Below, one piece after another: positions 55,998-64,000 of a DNA stretch of 64,000 bases (the stretch's first letter is position 1; each line of letters begins with the position of its first letter). Under the pieces are notes generated by a model. That model was not told where the DNA came from, searched no databases, and worked only from the letters and a program-made list of their open reading frames with translations. The position numbers and the translations under genes were made by a program. Source of the DNA: a virus; IMG/VR virus record IMGVR_UViG_3300027759_000003, positions 45,758 to 109,757 of that record, one strand, 5' to 3'.

Positions 55998-56861
55998 TTG
56001 GCAATTAAAAGAACGTCAAGTAATAGCCTTGTCAATGCTACAAAAATGAGTACTGGTTTTTCATCTGCCGCTATTCCAAATGCCCCTACTATTGGTGTTG
56101 CAACTGCTACATCAGACGTAGCAGCAACTGTTGCTTATACCGTTGCAGTCTTAGGTGCTAATGGCGTTACCTTTACAGCAACATCTAGTCCTAGTTCAAT
56201 CACGGGTACTGGATCATCCCCAATCACGGTAACAGGTTTAACTGCTAGTACATCATACACATTTTCAGTAACGGCGAGTAATGCAAATGGAACCTCAGCA
56301 GCCTCATCAGCCAGCAATTCTATTACTACTAGTGCTCCACTTTCTTCTTACGAATCTATTGCAACAGTAACAGTAGGTGGTGGCGGGGCTTCGTCTATTT
56401 CATTTACCTCAATACCTCAAACTTTTACTCATTTGCAATTAAGAGGTTTGTTTAGATCAGATTATGGTACAGGTGCTGGTGCCTATCTTAGAATAAATAA
56501 TGATACTACTTCAAATATTTATTCCGCCCATGGCTTAAGTGGTAATGGTAGTAGCCCAAGTGCTTTTGGAGACATAAATATTAGTGCTGGTACATACTGG
56601 GGAATAGACACAGGACCTTCTAGCATTGCTAATTCTTTTGGTGCTAATATTGCAGATATTCTTGATTATAAAAATACTAATAAGTTTAAAACTGTAAAAA
56701 TTTTTTCAGGAGCAGACAATAGTGGTAGTGGAACTATTGCTTTAAGGTCAGGTTTATATCGTTCTACAACTGCCATTTCTAGATTAGATATAGTATTTGG
56801 TGGAGCAGCAAACTGGGTTTCAGGAACTACAGTTGCCCTCTACGGAATCAAAGGAGCATAA
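55998..56861 (+). CDS. FN3 + beta-sandwich tip domain (triad C, member 1)
   Basis: Shared N-peptide/FN3, then YESIATVTV..FTSIPQTFTHL...ALYGIK. Confidence 0.8.
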   Translation: MAIKRTSSNSLVNATKMSTGFSSAAIPNAPTIGVATATSDVAATVAYTVAVLGANGVTFTATSSPSSITGTGSSPITVTGLTASTSYTFSVTASNANGTSAASSASNSITTSAPLSSYESIATVTVGGGGASSISFTSIPQTFTHLQLRGLFRSDYGTGAGAYLRINNDTTSNIYSAHGLSGNGSSPSAFGDINISAGTYWGIDTGPSSIANSFGANIADILDYKNTNKFKTVKIFSGADNSGSGTIALRSGLYRSTTAISRLDIVFGGAANWVSGTTVALYGIKGA

Positions 56862-56864
56862 AAA

Positions 56865-57380
56865 ATGCCAGCAGGAGCAACATACGAACCTATCGCTACT
56901 ACCACACTTGCTAGCAACGGGACAATTACCTTTAGTTCTATTCCTAATACTTATACGGATTTAAGACTAATAATTAATGGTGGAATTGCGAATAATGGGT
57001 GGAATATACGGTGGAGATATAATAACAATTCTTCTGCTATTTACTCTTATACATATCTTTATGGAGAAACATCAACCGCCGTATCTGGTCGTGTTACTGG
57101 TGATACTAAATTCGCAACTACTCCTGGTGTAGGCAGTGGTAATAATAGTTTGAGTATAATAAGTATGATAGATATATTTAACTATTCAAATACTAATATT
57201 TATAAAAATACTCTATCTCGTAGTGGTGAGGCTCCTTATATGACCCACGGAGTAGTTGGTTTATGGTCTTCAACTGCTGCAATTAATGAAATATTTATTT
57301 TTTGCGGAGCAAGTGATGATGGCGTAGCCCTCTTATACGCTGGAACAACAGCAACTCTTTACGGAATTAAGGCCGCATAA
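56865..57380 (+). CDS. Beta-sandwich tip domain (triad C, member 2)
   Basis: TYEPIATTTL..FSSIPNTYTDL...TLYGIK. Confidence 0.8.
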   Translation: MPAGATYEPIATTTLASNGTITFSSIPNTYTDLRLIINGGIANNGWNIRWRYNNNSSAIYSYTYLYGETSTAVSGRVTGDTKFATTPGVGSGNNSLSIISMIDIFNYSNTNIYKNTLSRSGEAPYMTHGVVGLWSSTAAINEIFIFCGASDDGVALLYAGTTATLYGIKAA

Positions 57381-57904
57381 TGGCAAATACATATACTTTA
57401 ATTGAGGGTAAAACCCTTACTACAACTGCTGCTAGTGTCACATTTACTTCAATACCGCAGACTTATACAGATTTGCTTATCAAATTCTCGGCTCGTTCAA
57501 CCTCTACTGCTGGAGCAGATATTTATGCAAATCTAAGGGTTCAATTTAATTCTGACACAGGCAATAATTACAATGGAATTTTACTTTTTGCTAATCTTGG
57601 AAGTGCTGGAAGTGGTAGTTATACTAGTCAATCAGGCAACTTATTTAGTTATGCTAATGGTAATGTTACCACCGCAAGCACTTTTTCTAATATGGAAATA
57701 TACATTCCAAATTATACTGGCAGTAATAAAAAAACATCCTTTGTTGACGGTGTTGTTGAAAACAATGCTAGTAATGGTTTTGTAGAAATGGCCACAGAAA
57801 TATGGACAGGCACAAGTGCTATTACTACTATTAATCTTGTGTCTATTTACGGTTCACACACTGCTGATTCAACCTTTTACCTATACGGAATCAAAAACTC
57901 ATAA
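57380..57904 (+). CDS. Beta-sandwich tip domain (triad C, member 3)
   Basis: TYTLI..FTSIPQTYTDL...YLYGIK. Confidence 0.8.
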   Translation: MANTYTLIEGKTLTTTAASVTFTSIPQTYTDLLIKFSARSTSTAGADIYANLRVQFNSDTGNNYNGILLFANLGSAGSGSYTSQSGNLFSYANGNVTTASTFSNMEIYIPNYTGSNKKTSFVDGVVENNASNGFVEMATEIWTGTSAITTINLVSIYGSHTADSTFYLYGIKNS

Positions 57905-57922
57905 CAACTAAGGAGAAATAAA

Positions 57923-58180
57923 ATGACAGAAAACCTAACCGCCCTCGAAGTATGTTGCTGTGGCAACTGTGCTGCTGAGGGTCATGAAAAAGAAGTAATC
58001 CGACCTCTAACTGCGGAAGAGATTACTCAACGTGAGACAGATGCAGAAGCATATGCAATTCGCAAGGCAGAAGAAGATGCAGCGGCAGAAGCCAAAGCAG
58101 CACTTAAAGCATCAGCAAAAGCAAAACTTATTGCTGGTCAACCTTTAACTGCTGAAGAAGCAGACGTTCTAGTCTTATAA
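57923..58180 (+). CDS. Small helical fibre-assembly-type protein
   Basis: RPLTAEEI...KASAKAKL..LTAEEA. Confidence 0.7.
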   Translation: MTENLTALEVCCCGNCAAEGHEKEVIRPLTAEEITQRETDAEAYAIRKAEEDAAAEAKAALKASAKAKLIAGQPLTAEEADVLVL

Positions 58181-58185
58181 ATAAA

Positions 58186-58215
58186 AATACCCCCAAGGAT
58201 TACCAAGGGGGTATT
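58186..58215. terminator. Hairpin between convergent genes
   Basis: AATACCCCC/GGGGGTATT. Confidence 0.65.
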
Positions 58216-58226
58216 GTTTATAATTT

Positions 58227-58778
58227 TTAGGACTTACAAGGATACTTGCTGTACCATTCTAGGTACCGTGGTCCGTTCACAGAACTCCATGCTGACCAAT
58301 CTTTACCACCCTTAGTCATGTGAAATGTAATTTTTGAATTAGTAACTGGATTAAACAATTCAACGTTTGAATCTAGATCAAATTTTTCTCTTCGATCAGG
58401 ACCCAGTTCTCCCATCATATTTATTTGAAATACTCCATAAGAACTATCGCCAGTTTCTGCATTACCATTAAAAGCAAAAGGTCGTCCATTAGATTCAGCC
58501 TTAGCAATTGCACATGCTGATCTTAATGAATTACCTTTAAAGCCTATAGCCTTTAATAGTTCAACCAATTGCCCATCAGTTAATTTATGAGCATTTTCAT
58601 ATTTTTTTAATATTTTATCCTTAGAAACCAGAAAAGCCCCTTGAGGGGCTGGAACGACTTCTAAAGACTGTTTAGTCAATAAATTATTATCTAAAGCATT
58701 GGCAGAATTGCTAAAAGGCGCAACTAAGCCAACGATAGATAGTAACCCCAACCAAACCTTCTTTTCAATGTTTCTCAT
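58227..58778 (-). CDS. Secreted lysozyme-like/SLT transglycosylase
   Basis: Signal peptide (ANA), AIAKAESNG catalytic Glu, SYGVFQIN, LFNPVTN, DWSAWS. Confidence 0.88.
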   Translation of the reverse strand: MRNIEKKVWLGLLSIVGLVAPFSNSANALDNNLLTKQSLEVVPAPQGAFLVSKDKILKKYENAHKLTDGQLVELLKAIGFKGNSLRSACAIAKAESNGRPFAFNGNAETGDSSYGVFQINMMGELGPDRREKFDLDSNVELFNPVTNSKITFHMTKGGKDWSAWSSVNGPRYLEWYSKYPCKS

Positions 58779-58920
58779 TAGTGTTACCTCCTTAGAAACA
58801 AAAACTACCTTTCGGTAGTGTATTAATTATAACATGATTTAGGGATTAAAGTCAACTTTATCAATATACCCGCACATTTATTAAAAATATTGCTTTAGGA
58901 AGTGGTATAATAATAAGATT

Positions 58921-59442
58921 ATGGCTACTGGTGCAACCGCAAATTATGATATTCCTTTTCCGCTTTCTAGCGATCCAGTAAACATTCATGAAGATTTGCA
59001 AGACTTAGCGGAACAAATTGAATTAATCCTTCCTGATCTTGTAAATCATACAATAGAGGTTAGAAATGTAAGTGGTGCAAGTATTGCAAAAGCAACACCA
59101 GTTTTTGTTACTGGATTTAATACAAAAACAACAATAGGAAAATGTGACTCTGACAACATTGCTACATTTCCAGTATTAGGATTAACAAGTTCTGCAATTG
59201 GAAATAACACAGATGGCGTTGTTACTGTTTCTGGTGTAATCCTTGATGCAAATACAAATTCATTTACTGCTGGCAATGTTCTTTATGTAGCAGATGGTGG
59301 AGGATTAACAGCAACACAACCAGCAACTGGTTCTGGAGCAGTGGCAATAGTCGGAAAGGCTAATGCAACTACTGGAATATTAATTGTTGGTCAGCCAAAA
59401 GGCAACGGTAGTTGGGGATCATTGAAAGCAGGATTATCATAA
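58921..59442 (+). CDS. Virion structural (capsid fibre/decoration-like) protein
   Basis: VRNVSGASIAKATPVFV...GNVLYV..GGLTATQP. Confidence 0.65.
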   Translation: MATGATANYDIPFPLSSDPVNIHEDLQDLAEQIELILPDLVNHTIEVRNVSGASIAKATPVFVTGFNTKTTIGKCDSDNIATFPVLGLTSSAIGNNTDGVVTVSGVILDANTNSFTAGNVLYVADGGGLTATQPATGSGAVAIVGKANATTGILIVGQPKGNGSWGSLKAGLS

Positions 59443-59855
59443 TGGCAACACTTAGATCTTCACAACAAGATTCTTATTCAATTGGCTCTGCACCACCTAC
59501 AGTTAATTGGACAATTGTAAAAGGAGACAGTGCAGGATTTAGAGTATACGTAACAGATGATAACAAAGATCCACTTGATATTTCCGAATGGACAATTGAA
59601 ATGGAAATTAAAAGACCAGCAGTTGCAGGAAATTTAAATGATGCAGATCCAGCAGGAGTGTTAAACCTTACCCCTGTTGCCCTAGCAGCAGATGATGATG
59701 GAGAATTCACAGTATCCTTAACATCTACTCAATCAAAAAGTTTAAATACTGGAGATATTTTTGATATTGAATTAAGAGATGCTAGCAGGGTATGGACAGT
59801 TGCTCGTGGCGTATTAACAGTTATTGAAGATATTACAAACAGCGATGAGTCGTAA
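59442..59855 (+). CDS. Virion structural protein (BppU-N-like)
   Basis: WTIVKGDS...FDIEL...VWTVARG. Confidence 0.65.
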   Translation: MATLRSSQQDSYSIGSAPPTVNWTIVKGDSAGFRVYVTDDNKDPLDISEWTIEMEIKRPAVAGNLNDADPAGVLNLTPVALAADDDGEFTVSLTSTQSKSLNTGDIFDIELRDASRVWTVARGVLTVIEDITNSDES

Positions 59856-60070
59856 TGGCTTATGCAACAATTATAGATTTATCTAAAAATAAATCAGAAA
59901 AAATTTCTAGGATAAATTATCCTAAAACTAAAATAAATGGTTTTGTAAGGTTTACAAAGATACAAGAGGTTTTGCCCTTTAGGGTAAGGTTTACAAACAT
60001 TGGAATATCACCAACAGCCGTACCTGGAATTGGGCTTCAAATAATCGGAATTAATAACTATATTCTTTAA
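59855..60070 (+). CDS. Hypothetical protein
   Basis: TAATG coupling. Confidence 0.6.
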   Translation: MAYATIIDLSKNKSEKISRINYPKTKINGFVRFTKIQEVLPFRVRFTNIGISPTAVPGIGLQIIGINNYIL

Positions 60071-60090
60071 TAATGTGATATAATTTCCAT

Positions 60091-60537
60091 ATGGCTAGAA
60101 CATCACTTTCAGCAGTTAAAGCACTATTTCAAACTGGAGATCGACCAACCCAGGAAAACTATGTTGATTTAATTGATACCCTGTCAGCCCAAGCAACAGA
60201 TTTAGGCAGTAATGGAAATAACGAATCAACAATAACTGGTATTGAAAATTCAACAGTATTTGACAACTTTTTAGCAAGCGAATTTAGATCAATGAGATAT
60301 GTAATCTCAATTAAAAAGACTTCTGGTGGCGCAAATAAATTTTACGCCACAGAGATGAATATTCTTGTAGATGGAACAGACGTTTCAGTTACAGAATATG
60401 CAACGATAGACAACGATGGGAATATTGGCACCATCTCTGTTTCAAGGGCTGGGGATACAGTTTCACTAACTGTGGTTCCAGTGGGCGGACAAACCCCTAT
60501 AACTCTACGCTACATGCGTATGGGATTAAAGGCTTAA
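60091..60537 (+). CDS. Virion structural protein
   Basis: FQTGDRPTQENYVDLIDT plus a beta domain shared with the C-terminus of 60553. Confidence 0.7.
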   Translation: MARTSLSAVKALFQTGDRPTQENYVDLIDTLSAQATDLGSNGNNESTITGIENSTVFDNFLASEFRSMRYVISIKKTSGGANKFYATEMNILVDGTDVSVTEYATIDNDGNIGTISVSRAGDTVSLTVVPVGGQTPITLRYMRMGLKA

Positions 60538-60552
60538 CCAAGGAGATAAAAG

Positions 60553-62733
60553 ATGGCAACCGTAACAAAAGATTTTAGAGTAAAAGCGGGACTGGTAGTT
60601 GAAGGATCAACTGCGACCGTTAATGGAAAGAACATAATCACAGCAGGCACAGTAGATGCTAAGGGTGATTTAATTGTTGGTAGCGCAGACGATGCAGTTG
60701 CTCGTTTAGGAATTGGCACAAATGGTCAAGTACTTACAGCAAACTCATCTGCTACATATGGTGTTGAATGGTCAGCCCCAGCAGCAGTTGGAGTATTTGA
60801 TACACAGATTACATTTGAAGGTGCAACAGCAGACGCTTATGAGACAACACTTACAGTAGTTGACCCAACAGCAGACCGTACAATTACACTTCCAAACGTA
60901 GATGGAACAGTTATTACTACTGGAGATACTGGAACAGTTACAGCAACAATGCTTGCTTCAGATTCAGTAACTACCGCAAAAATTACAAATGCAAACGTAA
61001 CAGCAGCAAAACTTGCTTCAGACTCTGTAGAGACAGCAAAGATTGTTGATGCTAACGTAACAGCAGCAAAACTTGCTGCAGACTCAGTTACAACTGCAAA
61101 AATTGTTGACTCAAATGTTACAGCAGCAAAATTGGCTGCAGACTCAGTTACAACAGCAAAAATTCTTGATGCTAACGTAACAGATGCAAAACTTGCATCA
61201 AACTCAGTTACAAATGCTAAGATTGCAGATTCAGCAGTTGATACAGCAGAGATTGCAAACAATGCAGTAACTACAGCAAAAATTACAGACTTAAACGTAA
61301 CTACTGGTAAACTTGCAGCAGGCGCAGTAACAACAGCAAAGATTACAGATGCTAACGTAACCGCTGCTAAACTTGCTGCAGACTCTGTAGAAACAGCAAA
61401 GATTGTAGATGGCGCAGTAACTTCTGCAAAGATTGCTAACGATACAATCGTAGATGCTGACATTAACTCAGCAGCAGCAATTGCTCAGTCAAAAATTTCA
61501 GGATTGACAACAGACCTTGGCAACAAACTAGCACTTGCTGGTGGAACAATGTCTGGCGCAATCGCAATGGGCACAAACAAGATTACAGGTCTTGGAGATC
61601 CAACATCTGCACAAGATGCAGCAACAAAGAATTATGTAGACGGTGTTGCTCAAGGTTTAGATATTAAAGCCTCTGTTCTTTCAGCAACAACAGCACAATT
61701 AACTGGTGTAACTTATAATGATGGAACCTTTACAGCAAATGCCACTGGTCTATATTATATAGATAATCAAATGGGTGGGCCAGGAACAAGATTTCTTGTA
61801 AAAAATCAAACCGATACAGCACAAAATGGTATTTATGAAACAACTGTTCTTGGCTCTGATGGATCAAGAGGCGCAGCAGCAGCATCAGTGTTTACTAGAA
61901 CAACTGATGCCAACAGCATAGGTAATGATTTAACTAGAGGTTCATTTGTATACGTAGAAGCAGGAGATACAAATGCTGGCAAAGGATTTGTTGCTACTGA
62001 AGCAATTGCTGAAAATGGTCAGAATACCTGGGCTCAGTTCTCAGGTGCTGGAACATTTGTTGCAGGTAATGGTTTAACACTAACTGGTAATTCATTTAGC
62101 ATTAATACAACTATTACAGCAGATCTTTCTACCGCTCAAACACTAACAAACAAGACACTTACATCACCAACATTAACAACTCCAAACCTTGGAACACCAA
62201 GTGCATTAACACTTACAAATGCAACTGGTCTTCCAGTATCAACTGGTATCTCAGGTCTTGGAACTGGAGTAGCAACATTCCTTGCAACTCCATCTTCTGC
62301 AAACCTTGCATCAGCATTAACTGATGAATCAGGATCTTCAACAGTAGCATTTACTAATAGTCCAACTTTTGTTACACCAACTCTTGGTGCAGCAGCAGCG
62401 ACAAGTATTGCTCTTCCAGATGTTCTTCTTGGTTCTGCTCTTGCTACCGCTTCAACTTCAGCAACAACAATTGATACATGGTCAGCAACAACATACTCAA
62501 GTGCTAAATATATCGTACAAATGAAAAAAGGTAATGATATTGAAGTAATTGAATTACTTGTTACAGTTGATGGATCAAATAACGTTTACTTAACAGAATA
62601 TGCAGATGTAATTAGCAATGCCGAACTAGGAACAACTAACGCTGTTTACAGCGGTGGAAACGTTCTTCTTCAAGTAACTGGTGCATCAGCAGATACTGCT
62701 GTTAAAGTAAGCAAAACTTATATCGAAGCATAA
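60553..62733 (+). CDS. Long tail-fibre protein with 10-aa VTxAK(I/L) shaft repeats
   Basis: About 17 copies of VT(A/T)AK(I/L)xDx(N/S); KITGLGDPT..DAATKNYVD; TLTNKTLT. Confidence 0.85.
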   Translation: MATVTKDFRVKAGLVVEGSTATVNGKNIITAGTVDAKGDLIVGSADDAVARLGIGTNGQVLTANSSATYGVEWSAPAAVGVFDTQITFEGATADAYETTLTVVDPTADRTITLPNVDGTVITTGDTGTVTATMLASDSVTTAKITNANVTAAKLASDSVETAKIVDANVTAAKLAADSVTTAKIVDSNVTAAKLAADSVTTAKILDANVTDAKLASNSVTNAKIADSAVDTAEIANNAVTTAKITDLNVTTGKLAAGAVTTAKITDANVTAAKLAADSVETAKIVDGAVTSAKIANDTIVDADINSAAAIAQSKISGLTTDLGNKLALAGGTMSGAIAMGTNKITGLGDPTSAQDAATKNYVDGVAQGLDIKASVLSATTAQLTGVTYNDGTFTANATGLYYIDNQMGGPGTRFLVKNQTDTAQNGIYETTVLGSDGSRGAAAASVFTRTTDANSIGNDLTRGSFVYVEAGDTNAGKGFVATEAIAENGQNTWAQFSGAGTFVAGNGLTLTGNSFSINTTITADLSTAQTLTNKTLTSPTLTTPNLGTPSALTLTNATGLPVSTGISGLGTGVATFLATPSSANLASALTDESGSSTVAFTNSPTFVTPTLGAAAATSIALPDVLLGSALATASTSATTIDTWSATTYSSAKYIVQMKKGNDIEVIELLVTVDGSNNVYLTEYADVISNAELGTTNAVYSGGNVLLQVTGASADTAVKVSKTYIEA

Positions 62734-62752
62734 AAAGAAATAGAGGTCGGAA

Positions 62753-63211
62753 GTGGCAACAGTAAACAAAGACTTTAAAGTAAAGCACGGGATAAACGTA
62801 GCCCTTGGCGGTACTTTTGGATCAACAGTCACAGTTGCCACTCCTACTGAAAATTCACATGCAGCAACAAAACTATATGTAGATACAGCGGTTGGAACCC
62901 CAACGATTCCTGCAGGATTAACAGCACCAGTATCACCAAGTAATGGTGGGTTATGGTTTGATACGTTAACTGAAAGACTTCACGTTTACTACAGTGGAGA
63001 ATGGTATCCAATGGCTACTCTTGAAGATGCAGAAGTTCTTCAAGACCACATTCATGATACAGCAATTGACGGTAGTGGATTAATTGTCAGCACTTTTATT
63101 AGTGGTGGAGCATATAACGAACCTGGAGTTCTTGTTAGTGCGGGGTTATACAATACAGCATCATTTGAAGCAACATATGATGGTGGAACGGCTATAGATA
63201 ATTTTAATTAA
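62753..63211 (+). CDS. Fibre-associated structural protein
   Basis: N-terminus shared with 60553 (MATVxKDFxVK); AATKLYVD; GGLWFDT. Confidence 0.75.
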   Translation: MATVNKDFKVKHGINVALGGTFGSTVTVATPTENSHAATKLYVDTAVGTPTIPAGLTAPVSPSNGGLWFDTLTERLHVYYSGEWYPMATLEDAEVLQDHIHDTAIDGSGLIVSTFISGGAYNEPGVLVSAGLYNTASFEATYDGGTAIDNFN

Positions 63212-63251
63212 TTATCTGTTATAATATACATATACACCAAAGGAGTTATAA

Positions 63252-64000
63252 ATGGCAACTAGAATGCAACAGCGCAGAGGTACTGCAGCACAATGGACAT
63301 CTGCTAACCCAGTATTAAATGCTGGCGAAATGGGTTGGGAATCAGATACAAATAAATTTAAAATTGGTGATGGTACAAATCACTGGGCTGACATAGACTA
63401 CTTTGCCGATATTAACTCAACAGTTGATCCTTCTTTTGGTACAAGTATTACTTTTGAGGGCGCTACTGCTGACTCTTATGAAACTACCCTTGTAGTAACA
63501 GATCCAACTGCTGACCGTACAATTACACTTCCAAATGCAACTGGAACAGTTGTTCTTAAAGATTCAACTGATACATTTACTAATAAATCAATTTCTCTTG
63601 GTACAAACACTGTTACATCAACTCTTGCACAATTAAATACTGCAGTTTCTGATGCTGATGTAGCCTCTCTTGCTGGCACAGAAACTTTAACAAACAAGAC
63701 AATCTCACTTGCTTCAAACACTGTTACATCAACTCTTGCTCAATTAAATACAGCAATATCTGATGCAGATGTAGTTTCACTTGCAGGTTCAGAAACACTT
63801 ACAAATAAAACATTAACAAGCCCAGTAATTGCTGGAGCCAGTGTTACTGGACATATTATTCCAGCCACAAACAATACATATGACTTAGGCTCTGCTTCTT
63901 ATATGTTTAGAGATATATATGTTGGTCCAGGATCTTTATATGTTAACGGACAAAAAGTTCTTCAAACTGTCTCAGGTGACGTTATTATTACTGCCGATGC
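63252..64000 (+). CDS. Fibre protein with Mtd_N (major tropism determinant N-terminal)-like domain, 3'-truncated
   Basis: Not in ORF track (no stop in window): MATRMQQRRGTAAQWTSANPVLNAGEMGWESDTNKFKIGDG; AGGAG RBS. Confidence 0.88.
   Translation, partial: MATRMQQRRGTAAQWTSANPVLNAGEMGWESDTNKFKIGDGTNHWADIDYFADINSTVDPSFGTSITFEGATADSYETTLVVTDPTADRTITLPNATGTVVLKDSTDTFTNKSISLGTNTVTSTLAQLNTAVSDADVASLAGTETLTNKTISLASNTVTSTLAQLNTAISDADVVSLAGSETLTNKTLTSPVIAGASVTGHIIPATNNTYDLGSASYMFRDIYVGPGSLYVNGQKVLQTVSGDVIITAD

Noticed and set aside
60837-61463. 208-aa antisense ORF, and similar ones at 3620-4117, 4633-5139 and 8683-9150
   Set aside because: Antisense shadows of repetitive or biased sense genes
63252-64000. 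Diversity-generating retroelement suggested by the Mtd_N domain
   Set aside because: Mtd_N is only a docking domain; no reverse transcriptase or adenine-specific TR/VR pair was seen
1-64000. Stop-codon reassignment
   Set aside because: Genes are intact in code 11 with high coding density, all three stops are used, and no suppressor tRNA was seen
1-64000. Bacterial chromosome or integrated prophage
   Set aside because: No housekeeping operons, integrase or att site visible; content is phage-like throughout

Overview
A 64-kb, AT-rich segment of a large tailed dsDNA phage. The host is very probably a low-GC freshwater actinobacterium, inferred from the WhiB gene, CHAP and SLT muralytic enzymes and actinobacterial promoter/operator motifs. 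No capsid, terminase or polymerase gene lies in the window. Layout: (1-13.7 kb, +) exported Ig/FN3 surface proteins, a lysis cassette, an Ntn protease, 4 tRNAs, Hsp20, SNase, thioredoxin, WhiB and a holin. (13.7-20.5 kb, mostly -) a glycosyltransferase/methyltransferase/epimerase/Stealth cluster. (21.7-29 kb and 51.5-58.2 kb, +) two arrays of paralogous FN3 + glycine-rich fibre/adhesin genes arranged as triads with a small partner gene. (29.5-42.7 kb, -) an early-type region of small genes, tRNA-Asp and DUF932, diverging at about 42.85 kb from a short + arm. (45-64 kb, +) virion structural genes, including a poly-Pro protein followed by a GT60-like GlcNAc transferase and a 2OG-Fe(II) oxygenase. 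The most striking signal is non-coding. The early region carries five exactly spaced PafBC/RecA-NDp-type promoters, about ten CRP boxes, DnaA boxes, WhiA GACAC motifs, a LexA box, an MraZ-like triple repeat and further palindromes. These are organised into repeated cassettes bounded by GCCGGGTTTTT and often ending in a covarying RNA hairpin (CC-UGAGCA-WG-N4-6-AAAC-UGCUCA). All family and motif assignments are by eye and from memory of consensus sequences; no searches were run.
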